A stretch of 64,000 nucleotides of DNA from Candidatus Hydrogenedens sp. GTDB lineage: Bacteria > Hydrogenedentota > Hydrogenedentia > Hydrogenedentales > Hydrogenedentaceae. The notes under the pieces were generated by a model that had not been told where the DNA came from, made no database searches, and saw only the letters and a list, made by a program, of their open reading frames with translations. The stretch lies in the NCBI GenBank assembly GCA_049968235.1, contig JBMFRC010000009.1, positions 64,001-128,000 of the forward strand, given 5' to 3'. Below are positions 20,186 to 29,745 of this stretch, one piece after another. The stretch's first letter is position 1. Every line of letters starts with the position of its first letter. The translations under genes were made by a program, and so were the position numbers.

Positions 20186-20440
20186 TCAAAGCATAGGTTC
20201 ATGTCTCCCTTTACCAGGACCATTCGGATGACGAAGACAGAAATTCGTAGTCATGCCGGCAATAGAACCGAACTTCTTCCCACAATATTTGCAAATATAT
20301 GTCTCTTTCTCCTCTCCCTCATAAGGTACATGTCTCCCCTTACCGGGACCATTCGGATATCTTATGCATGCGGAAGATGTTAAAGACTGGACACTGGTTG
20401 CTTGTTTCCCACAATATTTACAACGATAAATAGTAGTCAT
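20186..20440 (-). CDS. Small tandemly duplicated C2HC-type zinc-finger protein (two 40-aa repeats: Y.CKYCGK...C.R.PNGPGKGRH.P)
   Basis: 84 aa with an internal duplication that is also visible as a DNA direct repeat. It is co-oriented with tRNA-Leu and the upstream nucleotidyltransferase. The opposite-strand ORF 20093..20383 was judged spurious. Confidence 0.45.
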   Translation of the reverse strand: MTTIYRCKYCGKQATSVQSLTSSACIRYPNGPGKGRHVPYEGEEKETYICKYCGKKFGSIAGMTTNFCLRHPNGPGKGRHEPML

Positions 20441-20458
20441 AATTATCTTCCCTGTTAA

Positions 20459-21187
20459 TTAGAGTTTAATACCATGTTCTTTAGCAACGAGAATATTAGA
20501 ACGGAGCAGTGCTTCGAAACTACCACAATCTGCCCACCAACCTTCTAAAACTTCATAAGTCATTGTTCCCCGTCGAATATACTCATTATTTACATCTGTT
20601 ATTTCCAATTCACCACGTGCACTGGGTTTCAATGTCTTACAAATGTTAAACACATCCGCATCATACATATATATTCCGATGACTGCATAATGGGTCGGTG
20701 GAACTTTAGGTTTTTCTATAATCTCTTTCACTTTTCCATTCTCTACTATAGCAACCCCAAATTCCTGGGGATTGGGGACTTCTTTTAAAAAAATCTTTGC
20801 ACCGCAATCTTGTTTTTCAAAATCATCTACTGCATTCTTGATACTACCCTGCGTAAAGTTATCACCAAGGATAACTACCACTTTATCTCCACCAACAAAT
20901 GGTTCTGCAAGTTTAAGAGCATGAGCAATTCCCCCCTCTGTTTTCTGATAAGTATAATGAAGTTGATGTAATCCAAAATCTTCACCATTCCCTAATAACC
21001 GAAGAAAATCTCCCGCATTATTCCCACCTGTAACTATCATAATATCTTTAATACCCGCATCTACAAGTGTTTGTATAGGATAAAAAATCATAGGTTTGTT
21101 ATATACAGGCAATAAGTGCTTATTAGTTACGCGAGTTAATGGTAATAATCTTGTTCCTAAACCTCCAGCCAGGACAACACCTTTCAT
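20459..21187 (-). CDS. Sugar-1-phosphate nucleotidyltransferase (short RmlA/GlmU-N-like)
   Basis: MKGVVLAGGLGTRLLPLT..KHLLPV is the nucleotidyltransferase signature. Confidence 0.75.
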   Translation of the reverse strand: MKGVVLAGGLGTRLLPLTRVTNKHLLPVYNKPMIFYPIQTLVDAGIKDIMIVTGGNNAGDFLRLLGNGEDFGLHQLHYTYQKTEGGIAHALKLAEPFVGGDKVVVILGDNFTQGSIKNAVDDFEKQDCGAKIFLKEVPNPQEFGVAIVENGKVKEIIEKPKVPPTHYAVIGIYMYDADVFNICKTLKPSARGELEITDVNNEYIRRGTMTYEVLEGWWADCGSFEALLRSNILVAKEHGIKL

Positions 21188-21322
21188 TTAATTTCTCCTT
21201 ATATCTAATTTACAAATTGCATTGTATTTGTCTTATCATTATACAATCTTTTATCTGTATTTAAAACTAATGGTATTATTTATCTCAATTTGATAAAAAA
21301 AGAATCAATAGGAGAATAGAAA

Positions 21323-22045
21323 ATGAAGATGCTAAAAATTATCTTAACTTCTGTAATAATTCTTTTTATACTGACTACTTTTCTTACTTGCACTACAAAT
21401 GGCAGAGAAGAAATTCAAAAGCGAATACCTGTTGGTAAATGTACACCTCCACCCCGTGGTGATGGTTGGATAAATTTATTCTCAGCAGAAAACCAATCTA
21501 AATGGGAAAATGTAACATCCGACAACAAAAAAACAGGATTTGAATTTATGCCTGACAATATATTACATATTTTTGGTTCTAAATCAGGAGGTTATATTGC
21601 ATATATGGGTGAAGAAATAACCGATTTTGAGTTACATATTGAATTTCAATTAACACCAAAAGCGAACAGCGGTGTTTTTTTCCGTTCCGACCTAAAGGAC
21701 CCTGTTCAGAAAGGATTTGAAATACAGGTTTTGGAGGATTATGGACAATCTCCTAACAAACAAGGTTCCGGTTCTTTATACGATGTAGCCACCCCTATGT
21801 TTAATATGTGCTTACCTCCCGGTGAATGGAATTCTTATGATATTACTTGCAAGGGGAGTCATCTCATCGTAATAATGAATGGTTGGAAAGTTATTGATGT
21901 TGATATTTCTCTTATGACAATGCCAATCGGAAAATTTGATACACCCTTAGCGCAACTACCTCAAAAGGGATATTTACAACTTCAGGACCATGGCGGTGAA
22001 GTATGGTATCGAAACGCTTATTATAAAAATATTGCAGGTAATTAA
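21323..22045 (+). CDS. DUF1080 (3-keto-disaccharide hydrolase family) secreted protein
   Basis: Signal peptide; GWINLF..W, GFEIQVLEDYG, GEWNSYDI...G, GYLQLQDHGGEVWYRN are characteristic DUF1080 blocks. Confidence 0.75.
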   Translation: MKMLKIILTSVIILFILTTFLTCTTNGREEIQKRIPVGKCTPPPRGDGWINLFSAENQSKWENVTSDNKKTGFEFMPDNILHIFGSKSGGYIAYMGEEITDFELHIEFQLTPKANSGVFFRSDLKDPVQKGFEIQVLEDYGQSPNKQGSGSLYDVATPMFNMCLPPGEWNSYDITCKGSHLIVIMNGWKVIDVDISLMTMPIGKFDTPLAQLPQKGYLQLQDHGGEVWYRNAYYKNIAGN

Positions 22046-22059
22046 TACAGGAATTCGAG

Positions 22060-23295
22060 ATGTACTCTGGACAACAAAAATACTGGCTAACTCTATTTTT
22101 AATTCCGGGTATTGGTTCTACTACTTTTATTAAATTAATTGCCCGTTTTAGTTCCCCTTCTGAAGTCCTTACTGCATCTGAAAAAGCCCTATCCGAAGTA
22201 GTCGGGAAAACTTTAGCCCATAGAATAGCCCACTATCGGGAAGTTGTTGATGTGGATACCGAATTAAAATTAATAGAAAGTCATAATGTAAAAATTATTA
22301 CTTTAGATGACCCGGAATACCCCGTTTCATTAGCAGAAATTTATGAACCCCCTCTCGTTCTATATTGTAAGGGAAATCTACTCAGAAGAGACCAATATTC
22401 TATTTCCATTGTTGGGACGCGGAAATACAGCCCGTATGGGAGTAAAGCAACGCGATTTTTTGCGCAGGGATTGGTAAACGCAGGTTTTACTATTGTAAGC
22501 GGTCTTGCTTCCGGTATTGATACCATTGCCCATCAGACTGCGCTGGATAATGGGGGTAGAACCGTTGCCTTTTTAGGTTGTGGAATTGATGTGATATATC
22601 CTAAAGAAAACGCGGATTTATATGAGAGGATACAAAATCAAGGAGTAATAATATCTACTTTCCCTATGCGGACAAAACCCTTAGGAAATAATTTTCCAAT
22701 ACGCAATCGCTTTATTAGTGGATTTTCACTTGGAACAATCGTTACAGAAGCAACACAGAATAGTGGAGCATTGATTACCGCACAACATGCAGTTGAGCAA
22801 GGAAAAACCGTTTTCGCTGTTCCCGGTCCTATCGGTTCGTTAAATAGTCAGGGACCGCATGGATTAATTCGACAGGGAGCAAAACTGGCAGAAAAAATAT
22901 CTGATATTCTTGAAGAAATTCCTCAATATGCCCGTGAAAACATTACTGATGACCTCCCGAATATGGATAAAAAAATAACTCAGCCTGCTCATGAAACTGG
23001 AACAGAAAAAATCCAGTTCCCCTTGTCTATGGCAATAAAGCCTTCTGTGGAAACAACCCCTCCAGAACACGAGAGAGCAGAAAAGGTTCCACAACAAACC
23101 CATTTTAGCGAGGTTAGTTCACAAAGTCCACTAGAAGAGAAAATCCTATCTATTTTAAGTCCAGAGGGCTCGTATGTAGATGAGGTTGCCATCTCCTGTC
23201 AGATACCAATTTCCCAGGCACTTTCGACGCTGACCTTGATGGAAATGAAAGGTTGGGTTAAACAATTTTCTGGAAAAAGATTCGCGAAAGCATAA
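22060..23295 (+). CDS. dprA: DNA-processing protein DprA/Smf with a C-terminal extension
   Basis: VGTRKYSPYG...IVSGLASGIDTIAHQ...FLGCGIDVIYPKEN is the DprA Rossmann core. Confidence 0.8.
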   Translation: MYSGQQKYWLTLFLIPGIGSTTFIKLIARFSSPSEVLTASEKALSEVVGKTLAHRIAHYREVVDVDTELKLIESHNVKIITLDDPEYPVSLAEIYEPPLVLYCKGNLLRRDQYSISIVGTRKYSPYGSKATRFFAQGLVNAGFTIVSGLASGIDTIAHQTALDNGGRTVAFLGCGIDVIYPKENADLYERIQNQGVIISTFPMRTKPLGNNFPIRNRFISGFSLGTIVTEATQNSGALITAQHAVEQGKTVFAVPGPIGSLNSQGPHGLIRQGAKLAEKISDILEEIPQYARENITDDLPNMDKKITQPAHETGTEKIQFPLSMAIKPSVETTPPEHERAEKVPQQTHFSEVSSQSPLEEKILSILSPEGSYVDEVAISCQIPISQALSTLTLMEMKGWVKQFSGKRFAKA

Positions 23296-23308
23296 AAACG
23301 GAGTTGCT

Positions 23309-24043
23309 ATGATAAAAACAGAAAATTTGACCAAAAAATTCGGCGAAAAAACTGCTGTTAATAAACTCAATATTGAAGTTCCCCGCGGAACTTTTTTTTG
23401 TTTTTTAGGACCCAACGGAGCAGGTAAAACGACAACAATTAAAATGTTGACAGGTCTAATGCGTCCCACTGGTGGCAGAGCGTTTATAGCAGGAATTGAT
23501 ATTCAGCAGGACCCCGTAAAAGCTAAAAAATATATCGGATTTGTTCCCGACCATCCCTTCCTTTATGATAAATTAACAGGAAGAGAATTTCTAAAGTTTA
23601 TTGCAGGCTTGTATCAAATTTCAGAAAAAGAATTTAAAGAACGAACAGAAGAATTGGTCGGCTTATTTGGTTTAAATTCTGTCATAGACCAACTTATTGA
23701 AGATTACAGCCATGGCATGCGACAAAAATTGTCATTTACCGCTTGCTTTTTACATAAACCCGAAATCGTTATCGTAGATGAACCCTGGGTAGGTCTTGAC
23801 CCTAAAAATATAAGATTTGTAAAGGACTATCTCAAAGAAAAAACACGCAGAGAAGGAGTAACGGTCTTTATGTCTACACATACATTAAGTATTGCAGAAG
23901 AAATAGCAGATGTTATTGGCATTATCCATCAAGGAAAGTTATGTGCTTTTGGCTCTGTAAATGACATAAAGTCCCTTTCCAATACACCCGGGAATCTGGA
24001 AGATGTATTTTTAGAGTTAACCAGGGAAATGGATGAAGTATAA
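23309..24043 (+). CDS. ABC transporter ATP-binding protein (ABC-2 type)
   Basis: Walker A GPNGAGKTTT, LSGGMRQK-like signature HGMRQKLSF, Walker B VIVDEP. Confidence 0.8.
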   Translation: MIKTENLTKKFGEKTAVNKLNIEVPRGTFFCFLGPNGAGKTTTIKMLTGLMRPTGGRAFIAGIDIQQDPVKAKKYIGFVPDHPFLYDKLTGREFLKFIAGLYQISEKEFKERTEELVGLFGLNSVIDQLIEDYSHGMRQKLSFTACFLHKPEIVIVDEPWVGLDPKNIRFVKDYLKEKTRREGVTVFMSTHTLSIAEEIADVIGIIHQGKLCAFGSVNDIKSLSNTPGNLEDVFLELTREMDEV

Positions 24044-25742
24044 TAATATGAATCAAATTTCCGCTATCTTAGAAGCAAAACGGAATATCCTGAAACATCA
24101 AATATTAAGCATTCGAAAAGAATCAAAACTAAAAGTTACGGTAATCACATTCTCCGCTATTGCTATCTGGTTAGGAATTTTCTTCGGACTCTATGAAGGT
24201 TTTAACTGGCTATTAACATTCGGTTCACGAGCAGGGATAGAAGTAAACTTTGGTGAATTGCTCATGGCTCGGATGTTTATGATACTTATGAGTGCCGTTT
24301 TCCTGTTCCTTATATTTTCAAATATTCTCATAGCATTTTTTACTTTATATAAAGCCAAAGAAATTCATTTTCTTGTTCAAACGCCTATTCCTTTTCAACG
24401 TTTATTCCTTGTTCGTTTTGTTGAATGTATTGCGTTTAGTTCGTGGTCCGTTGCCTTCTTGGGTGTTCCTCTTATCCTCGCTTATGGATTGAGTCTGAGA
24501 ACCTCTATCTTTTTCTATGTTGCATCCATCATATTTTTTATACCATTTATTATCATACCGGCAAGTTGGGGTAATATTATCACTCAATTTTTAGTGCTTA
24601 TTTCCCCGAAAATAAAATTAAGAACGATGATTTTATTCGGTATTCTCGCAGTCATATTTCTATTCTGGTATCTAACCACGATGTTAAAAGGAACACGAAT
24701 TAATGAAGATACCATTCTACCTATATTTCTAAGTGCTACTTCCCGTGTTCAGTCTCCCATATTTCCACCTTATTGGTTTTCCGAAGGAGTGCTTAAATCC
24801 AAAGACGGATTATTTTCTGAAGTATTATTCTGGTTTTTGCTCCTTATGTCCAATGCATTATTTTTTACCTTTTTATCTTCGCTCATTGCTCAATGGATAT
24901 TTTATCCCGGTTTCTCAGGATTACAAGGTAGTGGACAAAGGAGAGTAAAACTTCCCAACAAAGGGATTTTAGGTCGGCTTGAATCTTTCTTAAATTTTAT
25001 TCCTTACCCTTACAAACCTTTAGTTGTAAAAGATATCCGAATGTTCTGGAGAGATGCCACTCAGTGGTCCCAGTTTATTATATTTTTCGGGATTATGGCG
25101 ATTTATATTGCAAACCTGCGTAATACTACAAAATACTTTGAGCAGGAAATGTGGCGTAGTTTTGTCGCCTGTATGAACATAGCATCATTAAGCCTTATCC
25201 TCGCTACCTTAACCAGCCGTTTCATTTTCCCGCTGATTAGTTTAGAGGGACATCGTTTCTGGATTATCGGTCTGGCTCCAATCACACTTCGACAGATACT
25301 CTGGCAAAAGTTTTGGCTCAGTGTAATGACTTCGGCACCCTTCACAGTGACCCTCGCTATTTTATCCGGATATATGCTTCAACTTGCTCCCCTCTATTAT
25401 GCTATGACGATTTTTAGTATTCTCCTAATGAATTTTGGGCTTTCAGGTCTTGCAGTGGGATTAGGTGCTCTCTACCCTAGTTTTGAGGAAGATAACCCCG
25501 CAAGGATTGTATCCGGATTGGGTGGGACATTGAACTTATTGTTAAGTATATTCTATATAGCTATAGTAGTTACAGCCCAAACAATAATTCTTCAATGGCG
25601 GGTGCTTGAACAGTTCACAAGCCCCGGTTATTTCTGGTTCGCATTGGTATTTGTAATAATTTTAATAGTAACATTAACAGGGATAACCATTGCTCTTCCT
25701 ATGTCTTTAGGATTAAAAAATTTGAAATCACTGGAGTACTGA
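24033..25742 (+). CDS. Large polytopic membrane protein, putative ABC-2 exporter permease partner
   Basis: 569 aa with more than 12 predicted TM helices; its start overlaps the stop of the ATPase gene. Confidence 0.55.
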   Translation: MKYNNMNQISAILEAKRNILKHQILSIRKESKLKVTVITFSAIAIWLGIFFGLYEGFNWLLTFGSRAGIEVNFGELLMARMFMILMSAVFLFLIFSNILIAFFTLYKAKEIHFLVQTPIPFQRLFLVRFVECIAFSSWSVAFLGVPLILAYGLSLRTSIFFYVASIIFFIPFIIIPASWGNIITQFLVLISPKIKLRTMILFGILAVIFLFWYLTTMLKGTRINEDTILPIFLSATSRVQSPIFPPYWFSEGVLKSKDGLFSEVLFWFLLLMSNALFFTFLSSLIAQWIFYPGFSGLQGSGQRRVKLPNKGILGRLESFLNFIPYPYKPLVVKDIRMFWRDATQWSQFIIFFGIMAIYIANLRNTTKYFEQEMWRSFVACMNIASLSLILATLTSRFIFPLISLEGHRFWIIGLAPITLRQILWQKFWLSVMTSAPFTVTLAILSGYMLQLAPLYYAMTIFSILLMNFGLSGLAVGLGALYPSFEEDNPARIVSGLGGTLNLLLSIFYIAIVVTAQTIILQWRVLEQFTSPGYFWFALVFVIILIVTLTGITIALPMSLGLKNLKSLEY

Positions 25743-25745
25743 GAA

Positions 25746-26144
25746 ATGAAAACATTCACAATTGCTACTTCAAAGCAAACTCAATTTATACCTTTAGATT
25801 CATATATTCAACAATTTGTTCATGAAACCGGTGTAAAAAATGGAATTGTTTGTGTTTATATCCCACATACCACGGCGGGAATTACTATCAATGAAAATGC
25901 AGACCCGGATGTATTACACGATATCGAACAAATACTGGATAAACTTGTTCCCTGGTATGGAAATTACAGACATGTAGAAGGCAATTCCTCCGCTCATGTA
26001 AAAGCATCTATTATGGGGTCATCTGTCCAGATAATTGTTCAGAATGAGAAATTAGTCTTAGGAACATGGCAATCTATCTTCTTTTGTGAATTTGATGGTC
26101 CTCGAACACGAAAATTTTTTGTCGAAATAATACCTGCCCCATAA
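25746..26144 (+). CDS. YjbQ/UPF0047 family protein (secondary thiamine-phosphate synthase-like)
   Basis: GIVCVYIPHTTAGITINENADPDV...SAHVKASIMGSS is diagnostic of the YjbQ family. Confidence 0.8.
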   Translation: MKTFTIATSKQTQFIPLDSYIQQFVHETGVKNGIVCVYIPHTTAGITINENADPDVLHDIEQILDKLVPWYGNYRHVEGNSSAHVKASIMGSSVQIIVQNEKLVLGTWQSIFFCEFDGPRTRKFFVEIIPAP

Positions 26145-26154
26145 GTCTTATTTT

Positions 26155-26364
26155 TTAAGAAAGATTTTTGGAGATTATTTGCTGATAGCAATCCTCACAT
26201 ATTGTATGTGTAAGAGAAGGAATCTGTGTCTGTGTTAGCAACCCATATTTATTAATAACTTGTTCTAATTCTTCCCACTCTGCATCCATTCTGATTCTTT
26301 TACACCATGAACACATTGAAATAAATTCAAAAGACCGCACCGCTTTGGGGTCATGGATATTCAT
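26155..26364 (-). CDS. Small Cys-containing (C-x2-C ... C-x2-C) hypothetical protein
   Basis: 69 aa with a possible zinc ribbon (CSWCKR...CEDCYQ). Confidence 0.3.
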   Translation of the reverse strand: MNIHDPKAVRSFEFISMCSWCKRIRMDAEWEELEQVINKYGLLTQTQIPSLTHTICEDCYQQIISKNLS

Positions 26365-26420
26365 ATAATTTTGTGGGACAATTTTTTTGCTTCAGAAATA
26401 AACTTTACAATATTACCATT

Positions 26421-26702
26421 TTAGGGTTTTATTGTCATTTTTAAAAACCTTTTGCATGTAGGGGCATCACAACGAAAGTCAATAGGAATTACATTACCTT
26501 TTCGAGCCTGGTTAATAATATCTAAATATATCTGTTTTACAGTCATATTTTGAATAAAATCAAATAAATTTTTGCCCAAAATCTTCTTGGATATAATTTC
26601 CTCCCCAAAATTATTTAAAGCGAAACGGTCCCATTCTTCATTGACAAAAATAATGTTTTTTTCTGTATCAATTTTATATTCAATTGGGTTCATGTTAGTC
26701 AT
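26421..26702 (-). CDS. Small hypothetical protein, PAS-like fragment
   Basis: Start re-assigned to MTNMNPIEYK because the listed 177-aa ORF's N-terminus overlaps two tRNA genes on the opposite strand. Confidence 0.3.
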   Translation of the reverse strand: MTNMNPIEYKIDTEKNIIFVNEEWDRFALNNFGEEIISKKILGKNLFDFIQNMTVKQIYLDIINQARKGNVIPIDFRCDAPTCKRFLKMTIKP

Positions 26703-26807
26703 CCTTTTATGGGTGTATAATACCCGGTTTATATAAATATTCTCTATATTTGAATTATGCCACCTTTTCTTTGTAAAATTAAACCACCATGATAATGGTG
26801 GCGGCAT

Positions 26808-26882
26808 GGCGGCATGGCCAAGTGGTAAGGCAGAAGCCTGCAAAGCTTCCATTCCCCGGTTCGAATCCGGGTGCCGCCTCCA
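26808..26882 (+). tRNA. tRNA-Cys (anticodon GCA), CCA encoded
   Basis: GGCGGCATGGCCAAGTGGTAAGGCAGAAGCCTGCAAAGCTTC...GGTTCGAATCCGGGTGCCGCCTCCA; anticodon loop CUGCAAA. Confidence 0.85.
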
Positions 26883-26895
26883 TCTATTTCGTCGT

Positions 26896-26979
26896 GGGCG
26901 AGTGGTGGAATAGGAATACACGACGGACTTAAAATCCGTTGGCCGTAAGGCCATGCGGGTTCGATTCCCGCCTCGCCCA
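26896..26979 (+). tRNA. tRNA-Leu (anticodon TAA), type II, CCA not encoded
   Basis: GGGCGAGTGGTGGAATAGG...ACGGACTTAAAATCCGT...GCGGGTTCGATTCCCGCCTCGCCCA followed by a T-run; anticodon loop CUUAAAA. Confidence 0.85.
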
Positions 26980-27072
26980 CTTTTTTATTTTTACCTCTCT
27001 TTTTATATAATCTTTGACAGAGGGTTTTCCCAGCCTAACATATAAAAATTAAGTCCAAAAGGATATACCGAA

Positions 27073-28470
27073 ATGGCAGTATGTTTTTTTAATACTATGA
27101 ACCGAAAATTAGAACCGTTTATCCCCTTAGAACCACCTAAAGTAAAACTTTATACATGTGGACCGACCGTTTATAATTTCGCTCATATTGGGAATTTTCG
27201 TGCGTACATCTTTGAGGATTTACTAAAACGTTATCTCAAATTTCGCGGCTATAATGTATTTCATGTTATGAATATTACGGATGTAGAAGATAAATTAATA
27301 CGCACATGTCGCGAAACAGGAAAGTCCCTCAAAGAGATTACGGATTTTTACATTGAAGCCTTTTTTAAAGACCTTGATACCCTTCAAATTGAAAGGGCAG
27401 ATATTTATCCGCGTGCTACGGAACATATACCGGAAATGGTAGCGATTATTAAAAAATTAAAAGAAAAGGGACATACCTACGAACATGAAGGAAGTATTTA
27501 TTTCCGTCTGAGTACTTTTCCAGAATACGGAAAATTAAGTCATATGAACATCGAAGAGTTAAAAGTCGGTGCTAGTGGCAGGGTAGATAGCGATGAATAT
27601 ACTATGGAAGATGCCCGTGATTTTGCACTCTGGAAAGCATGGGATGAAGAGGATGGCAATGTATTTTGGGAAACGGAACTTGGAAAAGGCAGGCCCGGCT
27701 GGCATATCGAGTGTTCTGCCATGAGTATGAAATATCTCGGAGAAAGTTTTGATATTCATTGTGGGGGTATAGATAATATGTTCCCCCATCACGAAAACGA
27801 AATAGCACAATCCGAATGTGCAACCGGGCAACCTTTTGTCAAATATTGGCTCCATTGTGCCCATCTGGTTGTTGATGGTAAAAAAATGTCAAAATCATTA
27901 GGGAACTTTTATACGCTACGAGACCTCCTGGAACGCGGTCTGGAACCTCTTGCTATTCGATGGGTACTCCTCGCTACACATTATCGCCAACCCAATAACT
28001 TTACCTTTGAAACGGTGGAATCTGCTTCCAGCAGTATTCGGCGAATACGCGATTTCCGTTTGCGTCTCAAAGAAATTAAGGGAAGTGGGGACGAACTAAT
28101 GGAAGAATGTTCCCAATGTGAGAAATTATTTATAGATGCACTGGATGATGACTTAAATATTTCATCTGCTCTTGGTGTTTTGTTCGATTTTATAAGAGAT
28201 GTTAATAAAAAAATAGATAACGGCGAAGTGGGGGAGAAGGGGGCTCATAACGCTATCAATCTTCTTAACAAGTTAAACCAGATAACAGGACTATTCAACC
28301 CAGATATGGAAGATGAAATTCCAGCTGAAGTATTGGAAAAAGTTATGCAGAGGCAACAAGCACGGAGAGAAAAAAACTTCACTCTGGCTGATACAATCCG
28401 CAATCAATTACTTGAACAGGGTTGGGTTATTGAAGATACACCTCAAGGTCCACGCGTAAAACGAAAATAA
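27073..28470 (+). CDS. cysS: Cysteine--tRNA ligase
   Basis: LYTCGPTVYNFAHIGN (HIGH region) and KMSKSLGN; the true start may be the internal Met at 27097. Confidence 0.9.
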   Translation: MAVCFFNTMNRKLEPFIPLEPPKVKLYTCGPTVYNFAHIGNFRAYIFEDLLKRYLKFRGYNVFHVMNITDVEDKLIRTCRETGKSLKEITDFYIEAFFKDLDTLQIERADIYPRATEHIPEMVAIIKKLKEKGHTYEHEGSIYFRLSTFPEYGKLSHMNIEELKVGASGRVDSDEYTMEDARDFALWKAWDEEDGNVFWETELGKGRPGWHIECSAMSMKYLGESFDIHCGGIDNMFPHHENEIAQSECATGQPFVKYWLHCAHLVVDGKKMSKSLGNFYTLRDLLERGLEPLAIRWVLLATHYRQPNNFTFETVESASSSIRRIRDFRLRLKEIKGSGDELMEECSQCEKLFIDALDDDLNISSALGVLFDFIRDVNKKIDNGEVGEKGAHNAINLLNKLNQITGLFNPDMEDEIPAEVLEKVMQRQQARREKNFTLADTIRNQLLEQGWVIEDTPQGPRVKRK

Positions 28471-28555
28471 ATACAAGACAGGTTCATATACCTCTTAAAG
28501 ATGGAACTTTGTTCATAGTAACAGTGTTTAATTTTATAAAAGGTAAATAAAAAGA

Positions 28556-29134
28556 ATGCGTTCCTTAGAGGATTGGGAATTGGTTGCATTAGCAAAACAA
28601 GGAAATCGTGAAGCGTTCCACAACCTTGTAGAACGATACAAATCCCCCATTTACACCCTTTGCCTCTATTTAACAAGAAATGTCCAGAATGCAGAAGACC
28701 TTGTGCAAGAAACATTTATCCGTCTATATAAAAATTTGAACCATATAGAACCTAAGGCTCAATTTAAAACATTTATCCTGGGGATTGCGAGAAATCTTGC
28801 TCTGAACCAGATTCGGAACGAAAAAAGAAAGAATAATTTTTTAGCACGGCTATTTAATAAAATAAATTCCAATTATGAGGAACAAGTAAATTATAAATCT
28901 GAAATGTGGCCTCCCGATGAAAAACAAGAATTTACCGCTGTTGTTCAGCAATGTATGTTAGAATTATCTACTGAACATCGAGAGATATTAATATTAAGAG
29001 AAACCCAGGGACTTGACTATGAAAGTATTGCTAAAATTCTGGGTTGCCGGGTAGGAACGGTTCGCAGTCGTTTAGCAAGAGCAAGAGCACAACTCCGAAA
29101 GATAATACTTGAGAAAGGGATAACAATACAATGA
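28556..29134 (+). CDS. ECF (sigma-70 family, sigma-24 type) RNA polymerase sigma factor
   Basis: Region 2 (…FHNLVERYKSPIYTLCLYLTRN..EDLVQETFIRLY) and region 4 (YESIAKILGCRVGTVRSRLARAR). Confidence 0.8.
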   Translation: MRSLEDWELVALAKQGNREAFHNLVERYKSPIYTLCLYLTRNVQNAEDLVQETFIRLYKNLNHIEPKAQFKTFILGIARNLALNQIRNEKRKNNFLARLFNKINSNYEEQVNYKSEMWPPDEKQEFTAVVQQCMLELSTEHREILILRETQGLDYESIAKILGCRVGTVRSRLARARAQLRKIILEKGITIQ

Positions 29135-29727
29135 CACATTTAACAGATGAACAAATTTCAGAATTACTGGATGGTTTCCGTGTCCTCAATCAGAAACAAC
29201 AAGAACATCTACAATCCTGTCCTGAATGTATGAAAAAATTAAAAGAATGGCGAAGCATTTCCCAATGTGTTCAAAATCTACCCCTTCCACAAGTATCTGA
29301 TGAATTTACATCTCGAATTAACTATAAAATAAATTCTATCCGGGAAGATACACCTAAAAGAGTTTTTCCATCAATCCAATGGAAATATACATTCCTTATC
29401 TCTTCTATTATGGCTATCCTACTTATTGTTTTTGGGAGTTTAATTATTAATTATAATAATTATGAAAATACAAACATATTAAATCATGGTAATGTTCAAC
29501 CTGCTTCTGCCGTAGGTCCGATTGCTAGTAATAATGGTACATCCACGAATAACCTTGCTATAACAGAAGAAATTCCTGGTGAAGAAAATATATTAAATAG
29601 CATTAGCGAACAATACATCAATTCAGAACCTTTTGATGAAGAATTACATAACATTACTATCTCAGAGTTGCTTTTGTCCCTCGCAGAAGAGACAGAAGAG
29701 TATAATATTTCAGATGTATCTCTTTAA
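29131..29727 (+). CDS. Anti-sigma factor (zinc-finger N-terminus, single TM)
   Basis: Overlaps the sigma-factor stop; H..C..C motif (HLQSCPECMKK); TM helix near residue 90. Confidence 0.6.
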   Translation: MTHLTDEQISELLDGFRVLNQKQQEHLQSCPECMKKLKEWRSISQCVQNLPLPQVSDEFTSRINYKINSIREDTPKRVFPSIQWKYTFLISSIMAILLIVFGSLIINYNNYENTNILNHGNVQPASAVGPIASNNGTSTNNLAITEEIPGEENILNSISEQYINSEPFDEELHNITISELLLSLAEETEEYNISDVSL

Positions 29728-29745
29728 TGCGAACAAATATACATA

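Noticed and set aside
20093-20383. 96-aa plus-strand ORF opposite the zinc-finger mini-protein
   Set aside because: It is a mirror-image ORF through an internally repeated region. It has no recognisable motifs, whereas the minus-strand product has a regular Cys/His spacing and sits in an operon-like arrangement with its neighbours.
26744-26980. 78-aa minus-strand ORF and the N-terminal half of the 177-aa ORF 26421..26954
   Set aside because: Both lie antisense across tRNA-Cys and tRNA-Leu(TAA). The Gly/Pro-rich translation is a by-product of GC-rich tRNA sequence.
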